Origin: the human T2T-CHM13v2.0 reference genome, Homo sapiens
Reading direction: 5' to 3' (one strand)
Assembly: GCF_009914755.1 (NCBI RefSeq)
Contig: NC_060935.1
DNA length: 64,000 nt
Both the position numbers and the translations under genes were made by a program. Below are positions 38,341 to 52,739 of the stretch, piece by piece (positions within the stretch are counted from its first letter, which is position 1; each line of letters begins with the position of its first letter). The notes beneath the pieces were generated by a model, which made no database searches, was not told the DNA's origin, and was given only the letters and a program-made list of their open reading frames with translations.

Positions 38341-38540
38341 TTTAGGATGCTTGCTAAGAAGAAACGTTATTATTCCTGATAAGAATCCTTGAGACACATT
38401 ACATAAATAATTTTCACTTTAAGCCACAATGGAGTAACTGTATTGGAATAGACCTTGGCCATAAACAGCTTTAAAATATCAAATATAATTGTCTTCGGTC
38501 AGTAAAGAGCAGGCAACACAAGACTGAAATGGCTGATAGA

Positions 38541-38696
38541 AGGTGAGCCCCACAGTTCGCCAGGTTTCTACCTGGAGACAGTTTCCCAACCACATTGCAG
38601 GAAGTCAGAGTCAAAGCAAGGTGAGCCCCACAATTCGCCGGGTTTCTACCTGGAGACAGTTTCCCAACCACATTGCATGAAGTCGGAGTTAAAGCA
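38541..38696. repeat. 78-bp tandem duplication (2 copies)
   Basis: 38541-38618 and 38619-38696 differ at 5 positions. Confidence 0.95.
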
Positions 38697-39634
38697 GAGT
38701 ACTATGTTTCTGCGGAGCCCAAGTGGAAAAATCATATTTCAAAGCAGCTGGAGATTCTAGAATTTACAAGGTGGCAAACTAGAGAGGAGGCAACTGTGAA
38801 AAGGAAGCCTCACAAGATGCTCTGGGAGGCCCCTGCAAGTCTGTGGCTGAGGGAGTCCCCCACTGAGCAAGACAAGCAGTTTACCAGGTGGCAGCTGCTA
38901 TGTAATTAAAAGCAGAACATAGCTACTAAATGCACTGCTGGGGAAAATGCAGTGCCTGGAGATTTTGAAATTTAGGCCCCGCTAGAATGATGAGATCTAC
39001 CCCTTAGCACACGAAGTCTAGTTGAGAGACCAAAATGGTGGTCCTATGGTGTAATGACTAGAAATAGAGCACGACTTATGCTAAACTCTCTCTAGAAAAG
39101 CCTCAAACGAAGCCCTGACAAGATCCAATGTGGATCCCAAGCTGGACCTTGGCTAGTTAGACCAGTGTGATCAGCCAGTAATTGAGCTGCTTGTTAAAAC
39201 AAGGATCAATAGTCTTTAGAGTAAGGTAACAGAATCTAGAGACTGTATACTGTATTATCTATAATGCCAATATTCAACAAAAAATCAATAGTCCTAAAAA
39301 GAAAGAGAAAACTGTGATCTAGCCTTAAGAATAAAATCCACCAATAGACACTGAACCCAGATGTTAGAGTTAGCAGACAAATATTTAAAGCAGCCATTAT
39401 AAATATAGTCAAAGAATTAAATAAAAATGTGTTCACAAAATTATAGGAAAATATGATCTAAATGAATGAACAGAGATAATCTTGACATAGAAATTGAAAC
39501 GATAGAAACAGAACCAAATGAAATTCTAGAACTGGGAAGTACACAGCTTAAATGAGAAACTAACTGGATGGACTCATTAGCATATTCAAGATGGCATTAA
39601 AAAGCCAGTGATTTTGAAGTCAGATAAATAGAAA

Positions 39635-39701
39635 TTATGCAATTTTAAGAGAAGAAAAAAGGATTTTATGCAATTTTAAGAGAAGAAAAAAGGATTTTAT
39701 G
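39635..39701. repeat. Perfect 31-bp tandem duplication
   Basis: ttatgcaattttaagagaagaaaaaaggatt twice, then ttatg. Confidence 0.95.
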
Positions 39702-41948
39702 AGCCTCAGGGAAATACAGAATGCTATTAAATGATTTACTTTTTGTGCAATTGGTGCCTAAGAAGAAGAAGAGAGTGACATTGTGCAAATATTTTAAGAT
39801 ACAGTGGCAGAGAGCTTCCCACATTTTATTTAAGAAACCAGACCAACCTATTGATCCCAGAAGTCCAGCAAACATGAAACAGAATAAATATAAAGAGAAC
39901 CACACCTAGGCACATCATAATCTAACTGTTGAAAACCAAATAAAAAGAGCACATTGAATAGAGACAACAGCAATAGCAACACTCTGACTTCTCATCAGAG
40001 CAATAGAGGAGGAAAGACAGTGGAACAACCTCTCCAGATTGCTAGAAAGAAAGGGAAACAGTCAGCCCAGAAATTCTACAGCCAGCAAAAGTTTCACAGG
40101 CAAGAGTGCAATAAAGACCTTTTCTATAAATGAAGGCTTAGAAAATTTGTTGACAGCAGATTTTCACTGTAAGAAATTAAAAAAGATATTTCTCAATTCA
40201 AAGGAAAATGATGCCAGATGGAAACTCAGATCTATAGGTAAAAATGATAAATATGTGGGTAAATATAAATGAGTATGTTTACTTTTCAAAATTTACTTTA
40301 AAAACTGCTATTTATAGCAAAAATAATAACAGTATAAGATGGAATTCAAAACATATGAAAATGCAAATTATATGACAATAATCACACAGAAAACAAGGAC
40401 AGGTAAACATAAAATAGACAATAGGAAGCGAGAATCAGAAAGTGTTGGGTGTGAAATGTGAAGGAGAAGGTTACATATCATTAGCCATAGAGAAACCATA
40501 TAAAAATTTTAATAAAAAGAGTTATAGCTAAGAAGTTAATAGAAGAAATAAATTGGCAATCTAAAAATACTGGATTAACATAGGAGGCTGGGAAGGGAAA
40601 ACCAGAAAACAACAAAAGATAAAACATACAAACAAAAAACCAAATTGCCATATGGTAGACTTAAATCAAACCAAAACAATAATTACATGAAATGTGAAGG
40701 GATTTAAAATGCCAATTAAAAGGCATAGACTAACAGACTGGATAGAAAAACACAACACAACTGTTAGCTGTCTACATAAGACACACTTTAAATATAAAGA
40801 AATAGACAAGTTTAAAAGGATGAGAGAAGATATAACATGCAAGCTGCAAGCATAAGAAAGTTGATGTGGGTTTATTGATATCAAACAAAGTAGAAATCAG
40901 GAAAAAGTATATTACAAGAGATCATGTGAAATAGTGCATGATAAAAGAGCAAATTACCCACAAGGCATGCTAATCTTAAATATGTATTCACCTAGTAACA
41001 GAGTATCAAAATCCATAAAGCAAAAACTGACAAAATTGACTGAAGAAATAGACAAATCTACAACTAAAGTTGGATATTTTAATTCCACTCACTCAGTAAT
41101 TGCTAGAAATGTAGGCAAATATGAGGAAGAAAATGTAAGATCTAAACATGGTTGTCAACCAACTTGATCTAATCAATATTTACAGGACACTACACCCAAC
41201 AGTGCCATCATACACATTCTTTTCAAATGTATATAAGCTATTCACCAATATATACCATTATCCTTGGCCTTAGAACAAGTCTGAATACAATTTAAAGCCT
41301 GAATTGGAAATTACAAGCAACAAAAAAGCACACATTTCTAAATAACTCATGGATCAAAGGAGAAGTCACAAAAAATGCAAATATTTAAAATGGAATAGTA
41401 ATGAAATATATCAAAATGTTAGAGATGCCCCTAACGGAATGCTCGCAGAGAAATGTATAGTTTTGAAATGCCTGTATTAGAAAAGAAGACTTACAATAAA
41501 ATAAAAATCTACATTTCCACTGTAAGTAGATAAAGAAGAAAAATCTAAATCCTAGTTATATAGACACAAAGAAACAACAAACATAAGAGCAAAACCCAAT
41601 GAACTAGAAAACACACAATAGAGAAAACCTACATCTCAAACTTGGTTTTTTTGGAAATACGAATACAATTTACCAAAATCCCTAAAAAGAATAATCATGA
41701 TTAAGCAAAGAAGGCCAAATTACCAACATGAAGAATAAACATGAGTCTATCACTAGAGATCTCCCAAATATTAAAAGGAAAACAGGGAAATAGCATTAAT
41801 AAGTTATCCCCATGAACTTGACAACTCTGATATTACTAAAAATCAAAAAGTTCCTTGAGAAATGCATTCTATAAAAAAATCTGTAAGTCCCATTTCACTT
41901 CAAAGAATAAAATTTATAAATCCACGGGTAAATTCTAGTATTCATTCA

Positions 41949-42192
41949 TCTCCACTTCACACATACTGGTTCTGAATGGGGCTGGCCAAGAAGCAGCTCT
42001 TAAAGTGCTGTGGATTCCTCTCCCTCCATCTCTGAATAGCCTTCCAGTGACCATATCTTTGTGTAGCCAGCCAGACATGCCTGAAGGGAAATCAAGGAAT
42101 CATAGCTATAAAACGGGAGGTCAGACTGCAAGTACCATTCTTCTCTGGGACTCTTTTCTGTTAGATGCTCAGAATTTCCACTCCCAGCTAAA
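41949..42192 (+). repeat. Diverged local copy of 44156-44737 (minus its Alu), inserted in L1
   Basis: Colinear shared blocks ccacttcacaca, tctccctccatct, atctttgtgtag, ggtcagact, tttctgttagatg, ccactcccag. Confidence 0.85.
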
Positions 42193-42452
42193 CCCGTATC
42201 AATCAAAGGGATAGAATTTATAAATCTCTGGTACATTCTATCATTCATTCAAGGATGGATTAATACCACTCTCAAGCAAACTCTAGCCTGAAGAGGAAAT
42301 TCTTCCCAACTTATTTGTAAGGCCATCAAAATTCTGATTTGTAATCTGGGCAAAGATATTACAATGAAAGAAATCACGTATTACATGAGTAAATGTAGAT
42401 CTTTCTTTCTTTCAAGAGAGATATTTTTAACCGTTCTTTCTGCTGGCAATGA

Positions 42453-42543
42453 ATTTGATCAAGCTACATGAAATTGCTGTATCATATAGCTAGCTCTAGA
42501 TTTAAAAAGTCAAATATCAGCAATTTCATTTGGTTCAATTTTA
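42453..42543. mobile_element. MADE2-like mariner MITE
   Basis: Perfect 12-bp inverted repeat atgaaattgctg (42468-42479) / cagcaatttcat (42518-42529), followed by tggttcaa. Confidence 0.7.
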
Positions 42544-42574
42544 TACTAGGGGATGGGAACCAAACACAGTTCTC

Positions 42575-42990
42575 TACCTAATAAGGTTCACAGCTTAGAG
42601 AAGGTAGGCCAACATGTCCACATGTGATTACAAGGCAATGTAATAAAGCTCCGACTGCGGGATGTTGAGACACTATAGCACGGTGGGAATGTAAGTGAGA
42701 AATCCCTGCCTGGTCTGTCTTGATGCGCAGTGTGAGAGCGTTCAGCAGGAAGACCTGCCTGAAAGAAATTCCTGGCAGTGGGAACAGAATGTGCAAATGC
42801 ACAGTGCTACAAGAAAGCATTACTGGTCAGGGAAATTTGAAGAGATTGATACATCTAAAATGTTAAAAGCACAGTGGAGGGGGCAGAGCACTGTGTGGGA
42901 TCATGGTAAACGCAGTGAAGGCTGGAGGCTTGATCCTGAAGGGTTAACACATTTTTTTCCCAAAGAAATTTGATGATCATTGGGTATAAC
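42575..42990 (-). mobile_element. L2
   Basis: caggaagacctgcctgaaag...gcagtgggaacagaatgtgcaaa. Confidence 0.55.
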
Positions 42991-44179
42991 CCTGTGATGA
43001 AGCTTCCACTTTCCTAGTTAGTGTAAATGAAACACGACTGTGAGCGGGTATGACTGTCGTCTTTCCTTGCCTTATCTTTTCCTTCACCTACTTGCTGCTA
43101 ATTATTGAAACAGGTTTGAAGCAATTTGGGATTGTACTGAATTTCTCTTGGCAAACTACACAGGATTTCAGAGCTGAAAGTAATTCTCCTAAAAAGCAGT
43201 AACACATCATTGATTATCCTATTAATAGGCTCTCAAACCTGCATGGAGAAGGTCTCTTAGTGATAACCAGGACCTCTGGCCAAAGGATGGTGCTGAGCTG
43301 CTGAAAGCTTTTAGTTTCAGATACAAACATAATTCAGACCTTTGTTATTCTAAAAGCCCCAAAAGAAAAGCTTTGCTTTTTTAAAATTTGGTCGGTGGGG
43401 GCGGGGGGGTTGCTTTTTAAAAGTTTGCTTGTTTTTACCCCACTGACAGCTTCTGGAAGGCTATACTCCAAGAAATAAGCTGTCTAGAGATCTTAAAGAA
43501 AGTGGCACTCACTCAGGATTTAAAAGGAAAAACAGAAGCAGCAAAAATTAATGCTGAGTTAATTTTCTTCCATAATGCTAACCACCTTACTTACTAAACC
43601 ATTCGCTGACGCTAAGAAGCAGCATACGTGGCTCATTTCCCATTCATTTCCCTGGGCCACTATGATCGTGGTGTTAACAGCAGGGAAATAGCGAAATGAG
43701 GTGGGAAGACAGAGGAGAGCAGTGAGCACAAGTGTGAAGGAAGTAGATAATCCAAACCTCAGTTCCCCCCATACTCCAGGGCTGACTTAGGAACCTCATT
43801 TGGACAAAGCAGCTCCGAGCTACAGTTACCACTGTGCTTTGTGCCAGGCCAAGTGCTAAGTGCTGAACCAGGATGATTTTATTTAAGTTCATGTGGGTGT
43901 ACGGAGCTTATTTTTAATGTTCCTTACTATAGATTATAAATCTTAACAACATTTTTAATATTGTATTTCTAAATGTTCCCCAGGGTTAATAAAAGACTGG
44001 AGTCTCCAGTAAGCATAATACACTGATAGCTCATTTATTTAAAATGCCATCTTAAAAAACTAAAAATTTTAATTAAAAAAAGTGCCATCTCCAAGTGTTT
44101 ATTTATGATTTATGTTAAATTCTATGAGAATTGGTCTCTGAATAGTTCACATTCACCCCCACTTCACACACTGATCTGA

Positions 44180-44561
<382 letters not shown>

Positions 44562-44836
44562 TCTCCCTCCGTCTTCTGAGCTAGCCTTCCAAGGGCCACA
44601 TCTTTGTGTAGGCAGCCATACCTGCCTGAAAGGAAACCATGGAATCGTGGACATGAAAGGGCAGGTCAGACTTCAAGTCTCATTCTGCTCTGGGCATCCT
44701 TTCTGTTAGATGTTCACAATTCCCACTCCCAGGGAAACCTTGCCTAGGTGGATACAGGTGGAAAGAAAAGAAGGGTTATAGTGATGGAAACTTCCAAGCA
44801 CCAGCATGTCTAGACTCAGATCAGAAGCAAATACCA

Positions 44837-45285
<449 letters not shown>

Positions 45286-47129
45286 TCAGGCCAGCTCCTT
45301 GACCTCAGTTTAATGAATTTCTTTCCTGTTTATAAAGATCTTCAGGTGCTGGGTGGGTGGGGATAACACATCCCCTTCTTGGGCATTCAGTCCAGTGTGT
45401 AACAATTTGCAGAATGCTTCCTGAAGCCTAACCTGATCGGTTCACTGTCAGTGTCAGAGAATTTCATAAGCAACATCTGGCACATTTTTAGGTGCCCCCC
45501 AAGAGCTGTGCACTAACTACCTACAAGCTCCTTGCAAAGGGTTTAGTATCTTGTAAGGGCCCCCAAAATATTAATTAACCAATCAAACTGCTCCCAGCTG
45601 CAATTTGAACTCATTTCGTCTCTAGGTTGGGAAACAGGGAATGTGGTCATTATTCTCTCCATTAAAATCCTGCCCAGACATAACGATTATTATTAAATCC
45701 CTCTTACTTCTCTTCTCAGCATCAAGGGATTTCAATTCTTTTCACCTTTCTTTAGAGTTGCAATTCATTGAATCACAGGTGCAGAAGGGAGTTAACAATA
45801 TAACTCAATCAATAATTATTTCCAAGGCTGATCTAGACCCCCTCAGATTTTCTCCCATACTGTGCCATCCCATCCAGATGCAGTTTTCTAGAAGAGCCTG
45901 ATTAGGCCCCGGGAAAGTGGCTGTTTTGGTTTAAAGATCTGCCCTGGACATGTCAACACCTCTTTCTTTCGGTTACGGTTTTGTGTATTTTTTCTTATGT
46001 GTCTATATTTATAGCTTTGTTCCATATCGGAGTGAGAACAGAGACAGATCCTATGCCGCTAATTAGAGCCCCACATGTTAATGAACCCCCAACAGCCTGC
46101 TGCCTTAGAGTGTCGGCAACCCCACAGGAAATTAATAAGAGCCTTAATCACTCAGAGACTGGAAAGGTCACTGCTCACTAAGGGTTCAAACGCAGAAACA
46201 GCAACACAATCATACCCTAGTTTAAAAGCATAAAAACCATCCATGGGTGTGAAGAGCCTAGCGCTCCATCAATAGGCAGACGGATTAGAGCATCAGCTTG
46301 TTCACAGGACTAAATGAACATAATCGCAGAACAGTGTGTTGCTTATCCTCAAATTATATTAATATATACAGTGATGTGGTCATCTCTTGTACCTCTTAGT
46401 TTATTTCTCCAGCTTAGACGCAGTGGCTTGCAGCATAAAATACCTGGACAGTCTGGATCCCCCAGCATTTTAGCCTAACTTTTCTCATTGCTAACTGTGC
46501 ACCAGCTTCTTCAGGGGTCCTTTTAACCCAACCTTAGAGAATCACAACATTAAGGACTAAATGGGACAGGGAAGGAGCACATTCATGGCCAGGCCCTTCC
46601 CTGAGTGGCCAGGGATGAAGAGCACTAAACTTCCATCTTCCAAGAAGGAAGACATTTACACTGCGCATTGCAAAGTATAGATCAGTTTCCTCAATTTTAC
46701 TCCCTGTGTCTGAAAGGTGAACCTGAGCAACAGGCGGCAATAAAAAGTAGAAAAAAGGAATGATATAATCTTTTGTGATAAATGCTCCTAACCTACCCTA
46801 CAGAGGAAGAAAATTGAACCAAAGAAATAGCGTTGACACTCAGAAAATTAACATTACAGAATCAAGAGGGAGAAAGTTTTAAAGTCAAGCACTGCAAAGA
46901 GGATATGAACTGAAAGCTGAGGCAAGACTATTAGAGACAGCAATTAGGAGGTTATTGGAAATGTTTTAAAGTATAGTTTCAATAGCATGATGAAGCAGAA
47001 AACCAGATGGTCTGCTCCCTTCTTTTATCTGTCTATTAAAAGTGGATCCAACATTGAGAACTCAGCAAATATTCTACTTCCAGCTACATTTAATTGCCTG
47101 CTCTTTGGAACTACAATGATCTTGATTAT

Positions 47130-47335
47130 CTTATCACTAATTCATCTCCTACTCTGTTATTACATAGATTGTGGTATTAGTTATCATTTTGTGTATATCT
47201 TCCTCACCAACTTAAATTCTCCTTGAGGGCAGGAGCCTGCTTTTACTAGTACTTTTCTGTATCTCCCTAGCACTTAATACAGTGATTTCCACATAATATG
47301 TCCTCAAAAAATATTCATTGAAAGCAAGATGAATT
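47130..47335 (+). mobile_element. L2 3' end
   Basis: ctccttgagggcagg...tgtatctccctagcactta...aaatattcattgaa. Confidence 0.65.
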
Positions 47336-48049
47336 AGATCTATACAGAGGTCCTATAACTTGAGGTTTGTACAGCTATGATTTACTAAATGAGACCTCCC
47401 TGAAAACACTGAGCAGTTCTGTAAAACTTATAAACTTTCAAGTTAATTTAAAATAAAACTCAATAAAAATCAATAAAATATTCCCTTTTGATTCAAATAG
47501 GTTCTCTTTTTTAATAATTTCATTGCTTTTGAATTTAATTTCTGTGAACTCAGTACACATTTTTTTTAGATAACTTTATATTTTGATGATATCTTCAGGA
47601 TATCCTGGTTCAGACTTTTTACAGCTCAAAGATCATGTCCATCTGCATATCTCTTTTAAAGAACTCATATATGGAAACAGTGTCTCAATTATAACTAGGC
47701 AGCATTACTGAAGTCAGTCTTTACAGCGATAATTAGAAGTCTCAACATATTTTTCCATCAAAAGAGTTTATTAAGAGGGTTGTTTAATTTTCAAAATGAG
47801 TTCACAAAAGTTCCTTTAATTCTGCAGAAGTACCAGCACAATGGTAGAACCTGAGCACCATAACCGTCATTTTACTGCATGATGGACACTACCAATGCAA
47901 GAGAAGCAGCCCCCATCATCAGCACCACGGTGCCACAGCCTGCAGCAGCAACCTTCTCCTCTCTTCTGTATCCCCATCTTAAATCTCACTCTTAGCTGAC
48001 TTCTATCTTAATTGGAGAGAACCTCTTTAAAGATGCAGCACTGTGCATC

Positions 48050-48510
48050 CCCAGCATCAAGTCCAAACCCCTCATTATAGATATCCTTTATCCACTGTTT
48101 TTTGTCCAGCTTTATCCCTCATCATTGCCTCTGTAAGCTCTTCCTTCTGCCAACCTTGAACTACTTTAACCTGTGAAACTCCTACCTTAATTCTCATCTC
48201 AGCTGCTTCCCCCGGTGTATTGCTCTCCCCCATCCTACCTTCCCTGGGATAATTACTGTTTGCCCTCAGCCTCAGCTTAAATGGAATCTCATTTTGGAAG
48301 CCAGCATTCCTCACCCTTGTCTGAGATAGGTGTGCGTTTTACATGCACTAATAACACCTTTTCAAATAACGTGTCCATCGCCTTCACAATCACCTCTTTA
48401 GTGGTTGCCTCAAAGTTATCCTTTTCACACTGAAATCCCAATGTCTAGAACAGTTCTGATCACAAAGTATGTGTTTAGTAAATAACTAGTGAATGATGGA
48501 TGAATGACAG
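48050..48510 (+). mobile_element. L2 fragments
   Basis: cagcctcagcttaaatgg...tctagaacagt...gaatgatggatgaatg. Confidence 0.55.
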
Positions 48511-48634
48511 CAGTCACTTCCAAGTTCACAGGTTTCTTTGCTCATTCATTCATTCAAAATAGTGTTGAATTCTACTACGTAGCAAGTGATATGTACGAGG
48601 AACTGGAGAGTGATGAGTTGAACTCATTGTCTGC

Positions 48635-49146
48635 TGTTTCAGTCAAGGTTCTTCAGAGAAACAGAACTAATAGGAGATTATAGATAGAGATAGAGATGTA
48701 TTTATTATGAGAAATTGGCTCATACGGTTATGGAGGCTGAGAAACTTCATAATCTGCCAAGTACAAGCTGGAGCCCCAGAAAAACCAGTGGTATAATTCA
48801 GTCCAGTGCAAAGGCCTGAGAATTAGGGGAGCCAATGATGTAAATCCCAGCCCAAGGGCAGAAGCTGATGAAATGAGATGTCCCAGTTCAGGCAGTGAGG
48901 CAGAAATGAAAACATGAGGAAGGGCAAATTCCTTCTTCCTCTGCCTTTTGTTCTATCCAGGCCCTCAATAGACTGGATTGTGACTACTCATATTAAAAAG
49001 GGCATTCTAGTTTAATGAGTCCGCAGTCCACCAATTCAAATGCTAATCTCATCCTGAGACACTTTCACAGACCCACTCAAAAATAATGTTTAATCTGAGC
49101 ACTCCATGACCCAGTCACGTTGACATGTAAAAAATTAACCATCACA
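48635..49146 (-). mobile_element. ERVL solo LTR (MLT2B-like)
   Basis: tcaaggttcttcagagaaacagaac...ttgacatg...aaattaaccatcaca. Confidence 0.88.
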
Positions 49147-49989
49147 CATAGCCTCATGGAGTTTATTGTAATGGGAATTTGCTATGGGGGGCTGTGGAGG
49201 AATTAGGATTTCAGACTTCAGACTCCAATGAAATAGAAGATTCTTGTGGAAGCAGCTCACAAGAGGCAAGTGTTCTCATTAGTGTGGATGAAGTGGGTCC
49301 TAAATACACTTCCTACAATAGCACACAGTCACTCATAAGTGTTCTGATCTCAGTGGAATATGACTCCTTTAGAAAAAAAATAAGTTACAGTAAATCACCG
49401 TGAGGTCTTTATTGTGAACTTAAAAGCCATCTTTCCCCAAAGAGCTTAGTTTCATTTCTTACCTGATTTTCGTGACCCCCATAAAACCCTTTGCTGTAAA
49501 GTTGAAGCCTTTGCCCCACATGGACTATTTTAATAGTTTCTTAACTCATCTTTTTGCGTCCAAATTCACCAGATTAAATCCATTTCTCATTCTTCCATGA
49601 GTCACCTTTCTAAAACGTCTATCGGATTATGCCTTTCCCTTTTTGATGACCTACCTGGACTTTTAAGTCTTGCTATGAGAATAGAAGTCTCCTCCGCATC
49701 TTGACCTGTCAGCCCGCTGAATATTTGCAGAATTCTCTACTGTAATTCAGATGGCAGGGACCTCCTGTGAAGTACGTGAGGATGGGAAGGGGCTACACAA
49801 ACATGTAATACATCAGACAAAAATAATAGATTAAAGATGTGTGGAGATGTTTCAATGGGTGCCCTTCGCTCTTGGCGTTAAGTTTGAAGTCTTTAGCAAA
49901 GGAATTTAAGGTCTGTTTGGCCCTGACTCTTCCTGTCTACCTTAGATTATTTTCCCCCAAAATACTTTATGCCCTTTCATGTTAGGTTT

Positions 49990-50620
49990 GTGTGAGTTGA
50001 GAAGTGACAGTGACAGTTAAGAAGAGTGAATACAGAGTACTCTTTCCAGTAGGTTAGGTGTGAGGAGAATGAGGGAGATTATTGTGACCCCCCATAGGAG
50101 GGTCCCCAAAGGAGGACATGGGGTTGAGATGGTTTTAAAATTCTTATTCATTGATTTATTTTCTTCAAAAACTCATGTTTATATGTTGTGACAAAATTTA
50201 TTAAAGCCAGTCAAGGTTGAAGATCTAGAAGAAGAAAGAGATACTGGATGGCATGAAATCCTGAAGAAGAATGCAACAGACACAGATAGAGAAATGTGTC
50301 TTGCTGCAAAGCAGAGATGTGCACAAGGAAGATAAGATGGGTGCTAGATGCAGAGGAAGGCAGGCAAGAAGCAGCAGCTGGAGGCAGTTCACACTTATTG
50401 GCCTAATTTTTCTCTACATAAAATAGGACATGAAATCAGCTGGTGGGACTGTGAAAAGTGGCAAGGGCAAGTTGGAGTCTTGAGGAAATGGACATGTTTG
50501 CGATAGCTGTGCTGGAAATAAGAGCAATATTGGACTAAAGACTCAGAGGCTTTCTAAGCAGCATGAAAAATCACGTAGGATGATACTGATTCCAACTTCA
50601 TGGCATTGTGGTTTAACATG
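49990..50620 (-). mobile_element. Degenerate L2 body
   Basis: Purine-rich antisense L2-like sequence. Confidence 0.4.
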
Positions 50621-50663
50621 ATCATAGACAAGCAGTCTCTCTTAGGTCAGTTTCTGCTTTGAA

Positions 50664-50975
50664 ACAGCTTGGCAAACTGTTTTTGTAAAGGGCCAGATAA
50701 TAAATCCTTTGGCTTTGAGGGGCATATGGTCTCTGTTGCAAATACTCAATTTTGCCATTTAAAAATATCTCCGAGGCATTATGTAAGTGAATGTGACTGT
50801 GTACCAATAAAACTTTATTTACAGACACTGAAATTTAAATTTTATATGATTTTATGCATTATGAAATATTCTTCTTGTGATTTGTTTTCAACCATTTAAA
50901 ATGCTTTTTTAAGTACAAAAACATTCTTATTTTATGTGTTATACAAAAACAAGAAGTGGGCATTTACCTCCAACT
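50664..50975 (+). mobile_element. MER58B-like hAT-Charlie element
   Basis: ggcaaactg...gtaaagggccagata...gtctctgttgcaaatactcaa...ccaataaaactttatttacagacactg. Confidence 0.85.
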
Positions 50976-52739
50976 GCAGGTAAGATTTCTTGTTTATAGC
51001 AGGAAGAGATACGTGACACCTGGGTGTTCAGGGAACAAGGCTATTACTCATGAGAGAAGAAGAAAACTGAGAATCACAGCGTTCGAGAGTTCTGAGAGAG
51101 TTTTTGGTCCGTTGTGGGACTGCATTTTCATGACTCAAATACAACACAGATGTGTAGCCTGCTTCTCTTGTTCATTTTAGGATAGAGATAACAACTCTTC
51201 TCTCCACAGCCATATCCTTCTTTTTCAAAATCAGTTGTACAAGAGGGAGAAGGGTATAGTCGACAAATAAACAAGGAGAGCTTCAGTTCTTTATTGATTT
51301 CATAAAATGAGGCGTGAAGAGGGAGTTGACAACAAGGGAATCCAGGATTGGAAAGACAGTTACCCCTCAGAAAGGCGTTTCTGTGCTACTCTCCTCTCCT
51401 CTCCCAATAAAGGGAATAAGACCCTTTTGTTGACTTCCAGCCTCACTGAAGATAGAAGTAAGCGGCAACAATGATGGCTCAGGTGGAGTTAGATGTGGGT
51501 AGCACTTGTAAAGATGATGGATGTTGCCAAATGGTAATTTTCTCTGTGTGGTGGCTATGATTGATCTGTGGCTTGATGTGATGGTTGAGGCTTTCATATT
51601 CAATCTTAAAGAAAAAATATCATGTCATACACAGGGAGTTTCAGATGACTGGGGTGGGGGTGTTGCTTGCTGGGATAGTGCTTTACTTTTGAAGATGATA
51701 CACTCTGAAAAAGGAGTATTTCTCTAAAACTCAAGTCTACAAACCAGTGAAGGCCAGTATATACAATTTTATTAATATAATATTCCAAATAAATTTTCTT
51801 TGTATCTCTATTGACCCTGTAGTCTTAGGTATGAAACTGAAGGACTTGGGACCACAGGTGTTTTCATGGCTTCTTTTTTTGTCTTTGGAAAAAAAATTTT
51901 TAAAGGGATGTGTGAAGCAGACAGCTGGCTATGTAGCTGATACTAAAGGAAAATAAGGTTTGTTTTTCTGGATATATGCCTATGCTTCAGAGGTGATCTC
52001 ATAACAAGGGCAGAGAACATCTCATAATTCCCTGAAATAGAATAATGAACTTGGCAGGAGAAAACTCAGCTTTACCAGGAGGGCTTTGAATTTAAATTTT
52101 AGAGGCAAAAGGGAGGGATTAGATAAATCTATATATTTAGACTGTAATGAGTGCCTTGTAACTGCCCCCCTCCCCCGCCAAAAAAAAAATGTAATGGAAG
52201 AAGAGCCTAGTACTTATCAGGATGAAATACTTATGGCTACGGAAGTCTATATATCAATGCGAAGAGTATTTATAATATACAATATAAACCTTAAACTTTA
52301 AAGAAATAAAACAAAATATTTTAAGTATCACCAAGACGTTATGAAGTAGTGACCACAATATGGCATTGTACAAGGGAGAAACTCATTCTAAGTTGACATC
52401 TGATAGAAGAGGAGATAGACAGCTACAGACCGTGTTTAGAAAGCATAAACCTGGATAGAATCCCACAGACCTGAGAACAGACACTTCATGATGGAGCCTC
52501 ACTGACAATCTGGGGCTATACTGGGAACTAGCAAAAGAGGTGCCAGGGTCCAACCATTCACAGATGAAACAACTGTAGAAATACTGAGCCTGGAAGTAGA
52601 GAAGATCCTTGATTCATTTCCTAGATTTCAATTTTCTATTGAAATTTTCCATCCTTTCATTTACTTTATCAATTTTTTATTCTATTTTCTTCTATTTTAT
52701 CTTTTCTTCAATTTGGGGTAATTAATTGTATACATCAAC

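Larger units (their letters stand above)
38400..42375 (+). mobile_element. Old L1M element: 5' region, ORF1 and ORF2 endonuclease region, degenerate
   Basis: ORF2 EN-like ILNMYSPSNRVSKSIKQKLTKLTEEIDKSTTKVGYFNS (40934-41167); ORF1-like cacacctaggcacatcata. Confidence 0.85.

Noticed and set aside
38541-38696. Direct repeats as a CRISPR-like array
   Set aside because: Only two adjacent units, no spacers, eukaryotic context
38881-38894. CTCF-like TTACCAGGTGGCAG
   Set aside because: Both leading C positions mismatch and it lies in decayed L1; too weak without ChIP data
40934-41167. Endonuclease-like ORF
   Set aside because: Decayed L1 ORF2 fragment
49456-51180. Isolated strong splice signals (minus-strand donor at 49456-49464, plus-strand donor at 50980, acceptor at 51180)
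   Set aside because: Cannot be assembled into a consistent exon chain; such sites are common by chance
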